Positions 19,295-27,477 of a DNA stretch of 64,000 nucleotides are shown here, piece by piece. The stretch comes from an archaeon (GTDB lineage Archaea > EX4484-52 > WAPT01): assembly GCA_029258795.1 (NCBI GenBank), contig JAPDKB010000007.1, positions 224,001-288,000 of the forward strand. Reading direction: 5' to 3'. The notes under the pieces are model-generated. The model saw only the letters and a program-made list of their open reading frames with translations, searched no databases and had not been told where the DNA came from. Each line of letters begins with the position of its first letter. Within the stretch, counting starts at the first letter, position 1. The translations under genes were made by a program, and so were the position numbers.

Positions 19295-20464
19295 TCAAAG
19301 CACCTCGATGTTTCTCATCAGCTCCGCTATCTCATCGATTCTCGCGTCAGTTTTGATGGCTGTTGCATTCAGATGGGTTCTCGATGCCCGATATCCGTGT
19401 GCCTTTAACTCTTCAATAACGCGTTCAAGTGGGGGAACGTGCTTGATCTTCCACTTCTTGCAGATGAAGTGTGTATCGTAAACCAGCCCACCTCTCACCT
19501 TCGATTCCTCAGCCATCACGCTCAGGAGTTTTATACTCTTCTCATTTATCCAATCCTCCTCTTTTTCCGCAATTTTCAGCATATCATTGCATAGTTTATC
19601 ATCGATAAGCTCTCCCGTCCACAAGGGTCCGAGTGTTTTTATTTTCTCATTCTTGCAGACTTCACAAATGTCATGCTTTTCATCCACAATCTCTCGATGT
19701 CCGCATTTCTCGCAGTAAGCAATGTATCCGATATGATTTAAGAGGAGGTCGTCCACAATCTTCAGTTTCCTTTCAACCTCCCCCTGTACCCTAAAGAAAT
19801 GCTCCATACCAAAGCAGAGGACAGGTTTGAAAGCTTTTTCGTGCTTTGCAAAGCTTCTTATGATAAATCCCGACAGTATTCTAAGACCTGCTTCATACAT
19901 ACCATCGTACCTGTAAGATTTTGCAAGATATTTCCTATAACATGCAATAGGATACGTGCCGCAGAGCGGAGCGGTGTCTGTGGCGGTAACACCAAGCATG
20001 GAAATCTTGGTGAGGGATTCTGCGCTGCAGTCGATGTATTTGGAAGGAGAGCCGAACGGATCTATGTCCACAAGAGCACAAGCATTGCGCAGCTTTATCA
20101 TTGCCACCCTCGCGTCTTCCCGCATCAGCTCAACCTTGCTTTTGTCAATTCCGTTGAGCTTGAGGTTGTGCTTTATCCATTCCAGAGCTTTGGGATTCAG
20201 GTCGTTGAAAACCACTTTGGATACATGATCCTCACACTCAAGGAGATAGCGTATCCCCCTTATGCCTGATGCGGCAAAGGCATCCAGCACAACAGCGTTC
20301 TTCATGTTGTGCCTTTCAAAAAAGCTCAGAGCCGATAAAACGCTCAAATCCCTGCACACGAGCATGCGCGGATTGTAGAACACCTCATCGCTTTTGCTCA
20401 CCTTCCCTGCTGGCACTTCCAGTTTGACAAGGCCTTCCCGCACCTCCACAACCTCCCCTTTCAT
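19295..20464 (-). CDS. trm1: tRNA (guanine26-N2)-dimethyltransferase
   Basis: VFYNPRM...RDLS, LDAFAASGIRGIRY, DIDPFGSP, VTATDTAPLCG; start moved to ATG 20464. Confidence 0.93.
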   Translation of the reverse strand: MKGEVVEVREGLVKLEVPAGKVSKSDEVFYNPRMLVCRDLSVLSALSFFERHNMKNAVVLDAFAASGIRGIRYLLECEDHVSKVVFNDLNPKALEWIKHNLKLNGIDKSKVELMREDARVAMIKLRNACALVDIDPFGSPSKYIDCSAESLTKISMLGVTATDTAPLCGTYPIACYRKYLAKSYRYDGMYEAGLRILSGFIIRSFAKHEKAFKPVLCFGMEHFFRVQGEVERKLKIVDDLLLNHIGYIAYCEKCGHREIVDEKHDICEVCKNEKIKTLGPLWTGELIDDKLCNDMLKIAEKEEDWINEKSIKLLSVMAEESKVRGGLVYDTHFICKKWKIKHVPPLERVIEELKAHGYRASRTHLNATAIKTDARIDEIAELMRNIEVL

Positions 20465-20552
20465 GATAAGTGGTTTGTATGCCAAGCTTTTAATTTTAAA
20501 AATCAGCAAAAAACAAGATAAGTTACTGGCTGAACCGGGCCCAGGCAAACGA

Positions 20553-20615
20553 GTGATGAGCGCTAGCACTTCTGACCTGCGTGCCTGCAGGAATGATGAG
20601 CGACCTACGGGCTGA
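20553..20615 (+). ncRNA. box C/D methylation-guide sRNA
   Basis: C box GTGATGA (20553-59), 12-nt guide, D' CTGA (20572-75), CCTGC/GCAGG hairpin, C' ATGATGA (20593-99), 12-nt guide, D CTGA (20612-15); intergenic. Confidence 0.8.
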
Positions 20616-20634
20616 ACGCAGAAAGAAAATGTTA

Positions 20635-21072
20635 TCACATCCTCTCAAACTTTTTGAGGTATTCGTCCACTATTTTACACAGCTTGTTTCTGCATGCGCC
20701 ACGTATCCCCTTCAGATCCTCGGCAATCTCACGGCATATTTCTGCTTGTCTGAGGTCTCTCTCCAGCTCTACTCTTTGTCCATCCTCCAAGTATCTCAGC
20801 TTTTCTTTACAATACATGATGTGATCTTCGAGCATTCCTTTCGACTCTTCCACCCAAGGAGAAAGGAAATCCTTTCCGAGCTTGTAAGCTTCATTCCTGA
20901 AGTCGTGCGTCATATGTTTGAATCGATCCACAAGCTCTTCGTTTTTTCCCGTGTTTTTACATTCTCCACATATCTCGCTGATATTCACTCTTATTCTATC
21001 GGTAAGGTCGGAGATGTAAGGGTGTGGTTTTTGTCGGTAAATGTTGAAGGTTTTGGTTGTCGAACTAACCAT
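20635..21072 (-). CDS. hypothetical helical protein
   Basis: ORF with charged helical composition; likely start ATG 21072. Confidence 0.55.
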   Translation of the reverse strand: MVSSTTKTFNIYRQKPHPYISDLTDRIRVNISEICGECKNTGKNEELVDRFKHMTHDFRNEAYKLGKDFLSPWVEESKGMLEDHIMYCKEKLRYLEDGQRVELERDLRQAEICREIAEDLKGIRGACRNKLCKIVDEYLKKFERM

Positions 21073-21190
21073 ACTTTTGTTTATCTTACATGAAAAATAA
21101 AAATCCTGCCTTTTCAGTTTCGTGGAGCTTTTCTTTTTCAATGATTGATTTTTTCTAGGAGAGAAAGGCGAGTGTGTAACGTTGGCTGAG

Positions 21191-21365
21191 GGTCCGGCTC
21201 TTGCTTTGCTGTTAGCATATGCCGTGAAACAAGCTTGAGCTTGCCGAACATGCTCGTAATTAGGAAAGTTCTGGGAACCAAGAAAACAGCAGTTTACGTT
21301 ATGCTTATTGTTGTTTACTCCACAATTTGTGGTGTTTGTTTGGGAGGGTTTGAGAATAAGAAAAA
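21191..21365 (+). pseudogene. C-terminal remnant of an ArsP/DUF318 (COG0701) permease
   Basis: GPALALLLA in one frame, stop at 21236, then LSLPNMLVIRKVLGTKKTAVYVMLIVVYSTICG in a shifted frame; no 5' part of the gene. Confidence 0.7.
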
Positions 21366-22331
21366 TTATGTATAATTGTCATTTTTTTCCGAGCAATATT
21401 CAACTAATGAAGCATTTTCTACTTTTTTCAAAGTTATTTCTTTTTCTTCTATTTTTTTTGGATCTGAAGGAATCATAAATACTTTTTTTATTTTTTCCCA
21501 ATCTTTATCTCTAATTGTGACTATTTTTCCAAGGTATATACTCACATAGCAATCATTAATTTTAGTAGGTCTGGTGTGCTCTAATTTTCTTTTTGTTATT
21601 TCCACATATTTGGGGTCTATATCTATCGCTATATATTTTCTTCCCAATCTTTTCGCAGCAACCGCTGTTGTTCCGGTCCCCACAAATGGGTCAAGAACAA
21701 CATCACCTTCATCCGTCGTCATTAAAATTAATCTTTCTAATAACGGGACGGGCAATTGGCAAGGATGTTCGTCTCTTCTTTTTTTATGTCTTATTCTATG
21801 AATATCTGTCCAGACATCAGAAATTAAAGGGCCATATGGGTGCATTTGATTTTTCTTTCCCCCGTAGTCTTGTAAGACAACCCCACACTTCCTACATCTC
21901 GGATGTCTTCCGCGAATGTCATAGAATTTGAATCCTTTTGGTTGTTTTGTATACCATAAAATACCATAATGAGTAGGTAATAATGTCTTTCCTAAAGGTG
22001 CGCCCATTGCATTCCATGCTATCCAGTGCCTAAAATGAGCTATTTCATTGAGATATGATGCAAAATAAGTAAGCCATCTAGGGATATTATGAACAAATAT
22101 AGAGCCTGTCGGTTTAGTGATCCTTACCATTTCCTTTAACCATAATTTGCACCATTCTATGTATTCATCAACATCTTTTTTATCATAATAGCTATTGTAT
22201 TTTTTACCCAAATTGAATGGTGGGTCGGCGAAAGTCATATCTACCGAATTATCTGGAATTTGTCGCATTACCTCTATTGCATCCCCTTCTATTACCTTAT
22301 TAATGAACTCATCTATATTTTCAGATCCCAT
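21366..22331 (-). CDS. DNA methyltransferase, N4-C/N6-A beta class
   Basis: FADPPFN (motif IV) precedes VLDPFVGTGTT (motif I); HPCQLP. Confidence 0.93.
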   Translation of the reverse strand: MGSENIDEFINKVIEGDAIEVMRQIPDNSVDMTFADPPFNLGKKYNSYYDKKDVDEYIEWCKLWLKEMVRITKPTGSIFVHNIPRWLTYFASYLNEIAHFRHWIAWNAMGAPLGKTLLPTHYGILWYTKQPKGFKFYDIRGRHPRCRKCGVVLQDYGGKKNQMHPYGPLISDVWTDIHRIRHKKRRDEHPCQLPVPLLERLILMTTDEGDVVLDPFVGTGTTAVAAKRLGRKYIAIDIDPKYVEITKRKLEHTRPTKINDCYVSIYLGKIVTIRDKDWEKIKKVFMIPSDPKKIEEKEITLKKVENASLVEYCSEKNDNYT

Positions 22332-23968
22332 ATTTTTATCGCCCTTCCCGCGAATTCTTTTTGTCGTTCTTCTATTTCAGAAGGTGTCCAATCGTCATAC
22401 TTTGCTAGATCCCGAGTAATTACTAGTTCAGAGTTTATGTAAATTGATTTTTTATTCTTAAAAGGGCCATTACCTATATCGCTATTCATCGTTTTATCTA
22501 ATAGAGTAAGATTCCCGATTTTACGATAATATGTTTTATGTAAATTTTCATCAAAACTTGGCCAATCTCTTTGTAAATCAGTCGGATTTACTGGCAATAT
22601 ATGTTCCAAATTAGCTTTTTCTGGATTTTTAATAGGTTCGAGTTCTGCGGTAGTTCTATATGTTTGTTCCAGTTTTCTTAAATAGTACCGCGCGATGTAG
22701 GCTTTGGAAACCGTAGCTATTTCGAAAGCTGTTTTAAATTCCTCATCTGTAGGTATTAAGTGTTTTATGGAATTTAGTAATTTTTTTGCACTGTTTATCT
22801 CTCCTTCATTAATGAGTTTTGCCTGTTTTGAAAATTCTTTCTCAAGCGTACCTGATCCAATCTTACCAGTTATAAGATTTCTAACTGACCAAGACACTAT
22901 AAGTTTTAATGCTTTTTTCACTTCTTCAGGTTTATCTTTCCATATCTCAAGCAAGGCAATTAAAAGTGGTCTATTTTGGACCAGTCTCAATTCCAATAAC
23001 TCTGATATGTATTCGGAACATTCAGGCGGAAAATTATTCCAAAGAGGATGATTTGGATTTAAGATTGCAAGGTAGACTTCAGAATTCTTCTCTAAATTAC
23101 TGAGAAATGTGATAGATTGATTCTTATTTTTTATTTTTTCTTTTATATTTTTATAAAGTTCTTTTTCACGAGTTAATCCGTATTTTGAAGACCAATAATA
23201 TCGTATATAGTTCAAAATCTCTTCCTCATTTATTCCTGATTCTATAGCTCCTGTAAATCTTGTCCATTTGTCTTTAGCTTCCTCAATTCTATCTCCTGCT
23301 TTGTTAAATAAATAATTTTTTATAAGATCGGTTTGTGATAAAATCAATCCTCGGTCATTTAATGTTTCAAAAACAGTAAAAGCGTTTACATCATCAGACA
23401 CAGTAACGGTTATTATCAATAATTTATCCTTCAAAAAATCAACTAAGTCTAATAAACCATTGAGATTTTCACTTTTGTACTTATTCTCAATATGCACTTT
23501 CAAAAAATTGTAAGCATCCATAAGTCTATTATGTGAGGCTCTTAAGGGTTCTATGGACTCATTACCTATTAATGCTCTTACATAAAATTCGTTATCTACA
23601 TCATTAAGGGTTAATTTTTGCTTTATTTCTTTATCGCGGTAACTTCGCTTGAATATAAATTCTCTTTCAATTTCAGTTGCTCTATCTTCTTCACCTATTT
23701 CTTTAAGAAAATCTCTTACTGCAATAAAAAACAAACTTACTGTGGCTAATCTTTGCTGCCCGTCTACGATTTCCAAATAATCGCCTCTGTCTGTAACTAC
23801 TATTGTGCCTATGAAATATTCATCTGGATATGAATTCGTAATGTCATCAAAAAGTTCCTTAACATTCTCCACTTCCCAAGCAAACGATCTTTGGTAAAGA
23901 GGGACTTTTAAAAAGTTGTCCGACAAAAAATGCCCTATTCCATCATGCTTAAAGTCTATTTTAGACAT
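22313..23968 (-). CDS. DUF262-DUF1524 (GmrSD-family) NTPase/HNH nuclease
   Basis: VPLYQRSFAW, IVDGQQRL, FETLNDRG; C-terminal NLEHILP...IGNLTLL...N HNH motif. Confidence 0.9.
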   Translation of the reverse strand: MSKIDFKHDGIGHFLSDNFLKVPLYQRSFAWEVENVKELFDDITNSYPDEYFIGTIVVTDRGDYLEIVDGQQRLATVSLFFIAVRDFLKEIGEEDRATEIEREFIFKRSYRDKEIKQKLTLNDVDNEFYVRALIGNESIEPLRASHNRLMDAYNFLKVHIENKYKSENLNGLLDLVDFLKDKLLIITVTVSDDVNAFTVFETLNDRGLILSQTDLIKNYLFNKAGDRIEEAKDKWTRFTGAIESGINEEEILNYIRYYWSSKYGLTREKELYKNIKEKIKNKNQSITFLSNLEKNSEVYLAILNPNHPLWNNFPPECSEYISELLELRLVQNRPLLIALLEIWKDKPEEVKKALKLIVSWSVRNLITGKIGSGTLEKEFSKQAKLINEGEINSAKKLLNSIKHLIPTDEEFKTAFEIATVSKAYIARYYLRKLEQTYRTTAELEPIKNPEKANLEHILPVNPTDLQRDWPSFDENLHKTYYRKIGNLTLLDKTMNSDIGNGPFKNKKSIYINSELVITRDLAKYDDWTPSEIEERQKEFAGRAIKIWDLKI

Positions 23969-24938
23969 CTTCTTCTACCTCCATGATATTTCTCAACAAA
24001 GCTTTAAATTTACTGAGTTCGTCTGCTCTAAAAGTAAAAACAAAATCGTATGCCTCGACCATTCTTCTCAAGTCTCCTCTCCTTACGTACCATCCAATTC
24101 CGTCTACAAAGCCTACAAATATCGAATTTGGATAATGTTTTTTGATTGCTTCAGCCACTCTCTGTTCAGTTTTAGCTTTGTCACCCATTCCCGAGCTCGT
24201 AGTAACGACATAAGAGCACTCAATGATTACTTTTGGTGAACGTTTACTCGGGATTATGAAATCAAGCGTTCGTGGAACATTATCCAGTTCTCCTTTTTCA
24301 AACGGATAGCGTAACTCGTTCAGGATTTTCTCAATAACAACTTCAGGGTTATTTCCTTTACTTGCTGAATAAGAACCCTTAGTTTTATATCGTATTATTG
24401 TGTCTATCAAAGATTCTATAGAGAAACTAAGCTTATTTATATCCAGTTTCTTAAATTCAAAAAGTGGGATAACCCTTCTCAAAATTGGAACTGTTGAACC
24501 TTTGAAAAATAAATTGACTATGCCTTCTGCGAATTTTCTGTTGCTTCTCACATATGACTTGATTTTTTCCAATGTCCATTCTTTTTCAAAATCTTCGTTT
24601 GGCCAATATTCTTTATTAACAATCTTGTTTAATTCCTCATCATCTATAACTCGAATGAACGTTATTAAACGTAACAAACTCTCTTTTGAAAATCCTGTAA
24701 GAGTTAATAACGCATCTAGTCCATTCTCCAGATTCATGATATGCTCTACGAAAATTTCTTCTTTCAAACCTTCTTGTTCAACCCTCTTTTTGAGAATAAA
24801 GAGATTCTGTGCTAATGAGGAAATATATGCTTCATATTCCTCTTCAAATTCTACATTTTGGAAATAAAATGTATTTTTTTCTATCACTGTATTAAATTTT
24901 GTCTCATCATCCGGGAATTGTAAGTTAGTCATTCTCAC
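23961..24938 (-). CDS. Type II restriction endonuclease, PD-(D/E)xK fold, DpnII-like
   Basis: GNNPE...LDFIIP...IIECSY...TTSSGMGDK, FVGFVDGIGW; in an operon with an MTase. Confidence 0.7.
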   Translation of the reverse strand: MRMTNLQFPDDETKFNTVIEKNTFYFQNVEFEEEYEAYISSLAQNLFILKKRVEQEGLKEEIFVEHIMNLENGLDALLTLTGFSKESLLRLITFIRVIDDEELNKIVNKEYWPNEDFEKEWTLEKIKSYVRSNRKFAEGIVNLFFKGSTVPILRRVIPLFEFKKLDINKLSFSIESLIDTIIRYKTKGSYSASKGNNPEVVIEKILNELRYPFEKGELDNVPRTLDFIIPSKRSPKVIIECSYVVTTSSGMGDKAKTEQRVAEAIKKHYPNSIFVGFVDGIGWYVRRGDLRRMVEAYDFVFTFRADELSKFKALLRNIMEVEEDV

Positions 24939-24984
24939 ACCTCTTTTCTAAATATCAATACGAATTCCTCATGCATTGTATTTC

Positions 24985-25242
24985 TTATTTCTTTAAAAGA
25001 TTTAATCCGTGTATTTTGCCAAATTCTTTAATTTTGTTTTCAAGTCTTATACCTCCTGTCTGTATATCGTTTGATTCGATTATTATCACCGCATGTTTTG
25101 ATAGGATTTTTGATTCATAATAAGCAAATTCTAATTCAAAAACTTCTGTTACACTAGGTAATAATTCAAACCAATTAGGAAATAACATTTCATGAATTGT
25201 TGGCAAATCTAAAGTAGATATGCGCGTTTCATTACTCATCAC
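24985..25242 (-). CDS. small hypothetical protein at the head of the AT-rich defence island
   Basis: 85-aa ORF with AGGTGA-type RBS, same strand as the RM genes. Confidence 0.5.
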   Translation of the reverse strand: MMSNETRISTLDLPTIHEMLFPNWFELLPSVTEVFELEFAYYESKILSKHAVIIIESNDIQTGGIRLENKIKEFGKIHGLNLLKK

Positions 25243-25380
25243 TTTTCACCTTTTGGTTTGATCCTTCCATTAAAATAATCTATAGCAACTTATTTAATTT
25301 ATCTAATTTTCATTTGACAATTGGCAATATATGCCCCACCAAAACCCTTTTAACTTTCCCGCACTTAATTTTTCAACATC

Positions 25381-25764
25381 ATGATGAGCAGGGACGAGCT
25401 GGAGAGGTTTTTGCTTCTTGTGGAAAAGCTGAGGTGTGATGAGAGGTTGATTATTGTTGAGGGAAAGGAAGACAGGGTGAGTTTGGAGAGAATGGGGATA
25501 GATAGCGCGAGAATAATAGAAGTAAGCAAAAAACCGAGGCATGAGCTGATGGATGTTTTTGAGGAAAAAAACGCAAGAAGTGTGATAAGCTTTCTGGATG
25601 ATGACAAGGCGGGAAAAGCGCTGCTCAAAAGGATGAAAACTTGGTTCCCTCACGTAAGCTTTGATGAAAGCTACTCCTCCAAAATTTACGGCATGCTGCA
25701 TGTCAGCTTTGCGGCAGATATCTCAAAAGCGGTTGAAAGGCACATAACAAACTATTTTTTCTGA
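25381..25764 (+). CDS. small stand-alone TOPRIM domain protein
   Basis: IIVEGKED and FLDDDKAG TOPRIM motifs. Confidence 0.85.
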   Translation: MMSRDELERFLLLVEKLRCDERLIIVEGKEDRVSLERMGIDSARIIEVSKKPRHELMDVFEEKNARSVISFLDDDKAGKALLKRMKTWFPHVSFDESYSSKIYGMLHVSFAADISKAVERHITNYFF

Positions 25765-27383
25765 GATTCATCTTGTGGTGGAGAGGTTTCCTGTGTTTCC
25801 AAATTTTCCCTTGATTGAGTCAGGGTGGGTTTGGAAGGCATATCGCTCTTTCCCTTAACCTTCTTTTTTTCCAGCAATTTCTCCAATGCTTCCACAAACT
25901 CCTTCGTTTTCTCCCTTATCTCGTAAATCTTCTCCTCCGGGATATCCTCTTCCTTGCCCTCCTTGACCATCTCCAGATACTTCATCATGATGTTGAACAG
26001 ATACTCGTGCTGCTCCCTGACCTCTGGAAAGGTGCTGTGCATTACCGCGGGCAAGTCCTTCAGTTCTTCAGGCGGCTCTATGCCAACACGCCTCAGGGCA
26101 ACAACATCCGCCTTCAAAAACATCTTGTAGGTTTCTATCAGCACATTACCCTTGTGGCGCATCCCCATACTGTCTATCAGGCTCTTAATGGCATCAACAA
26201 CCTTTCTTGCTCTCTCTATATATTCATCCACCATCTTCCCTATGTCCTTACTCTCCTCAGGAGGCATGTACTCAACATCTTTTGCAAACTTGTGCACAGC
26301 CCTTATATCATCAACCACGCTCCTGTCAAGCATTCCTCTTGCCACAAGAGTTGCCTCCAAAGCGTCAGCCACCTCCTCCTTGTTCACGGGAAGGCGGCCT
26401 ATCATCATCAACGCTGCATTTCCAGCTGACGCTACCGCTTGCTCAAGGTAGTGAGCTGCCGATTTAACGCGGGAGACAGCATAATCCACAAACTTCGGAG
26501 CAGCTGAAATCTTCTTGTCCACAGCTTCTTTGGTGGTTGGCACCATGCCACGCTGTACCATGCGCTTTGCGGGCATGAAGACGCCAACATCATAGACAGG
26601 GATGCCGTATCTCAAAATGGAGATAAGCACCGGCTCCGCCATTCTCAAATTGTCCCAGAACTCCGTGAGGAACATGAATGCCTGAATGGTTATGCGCTCA
26701 TCAACATCCCTTGCTATTCTCACCAGCTCATCCCATATCTGGTCCTTAATCTGATCCGGAACTTCCTCCTCTATGCCCGTATCATCCATCACCACGAAAA
26801 TGTCAAGATCACTCTTCTCATGATGCGTACCTTTAGCCGTTGAGCCGTAAACCACAACCGCTTTAACCCTCTTCTTGTACTTCTGGATTAACTTGGCTGC
26901 GTACCTCCTTGCTACCTCCATCCTCTTCTCAAAATCCTTCTTTCTCTTCTCCTCCTGCAGTTTTTTGGCCATCTCCTCGATCTTTTTCTCCTCCTGCTTA
27001 GCAATCTTGATTATCTCCTCCGCTCTTTCTTCAGAAATGCCAGCATTCACAAGTTCCTTGAGTTTTGCTGAAGCAAGAGCGTTTATAGTTGTTATGCCTG
27101 CTGCCTTCAACTTTGCCTTCTCCTCCTTGCTCAAGAAATCGAACTTCTCAATAGACCTGCCGTTTGCAGCCAGTTCCTTCAGCTTTTTCTCCTCCCTACT
27201 TACCATGTATTTCTCAATTATCGCTCTCTTCTTCTCATCAACCACCGAGGCACGGATAGCATCCTTACCATTAGAGTTTTTATTTTTCGAGTTTTCTTGT
27301 TTGCCTTTATTATTCTTCACATTATCACCCCTATCGGATTGAGAAGTATTCTCACCAACAACAGCTTCTCTTATCTCCTCCAT
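25752..27383 (-). CDS. nucleotidyltransferase-domain protein with N-terminal HhH module and C-terminal helical (HEPN-like) region
   Basis: VVVYGSTAKG...SDLDIFVVMDD pol-beta NTase motif; LKAAGITTINALA...GISEERAEEII HhH; start ATG 27383 (or 27413). Confidence 0.8.
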   Translation of the reverse strand: MEEIREAVVGENTSQSDRGDNVKNNKGKQENSKNKNSNGKDAIRASVVDEKKRAIIEKYMVSREEKKLKELAANGRSIEKFDFLSKEEKAKLKAAGITTINALASAKLKELVNAGISEERAEEIIKIAKQEEKKIEEMAKKLQEEKRKKDFEKRMEVARRYAAKLIQKYKKRVKAVVVYGSTAKGTHHEKSDLDIFVVMDDTGIEEEVPDQIKDQIWDELVRIARDVDERITIQAFMFLTEFWDNLRMAEPVLISILRYGIPVYDVGVFMPAKRMVQRGMVPTTKEAVDKKISAAPKFVDYAVSRVKSAAHYLEQAVASAGNAALMMIGRLPVNKEEVADALEATLVARGMLDRSVVDDIRAVHKFAKDVEYMPPEESKDIGKMVDEYIERARKVVDAIKSLIDSMGMRHKGNVLIETYKMFLKADVVALRRVGIEPPEELKDLPAVMHSTFPEVREQHEYLFNIMMKYLEMVKEGKEEDIPEEKIYEIREKTKEFVEALEKLLEKKKVKGKSDMPSKPTLTQSRENLETQETSPPQDESQKK

Positions 27384-27477
27384 GCCACCGCTGTTGCCCA
27401 CAAAAATCACCAAAGAAATGTTGTGTTCTCACATTTATATAAATGAGCCAACCACAATTTTGAAATTCAGAGCCAAA

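Noticed and set aside
20537-20611. GGGCCCAGGC and CCTACGGG resemble neighbouring 16S rRNA sequence; TGATGA...CCTAC resembles a fluoride riboswitch 3' end
   Set aside because: The matches are short with no flanking rRNA or riboswitch 5' consensus; the box C/D layout explains the region better
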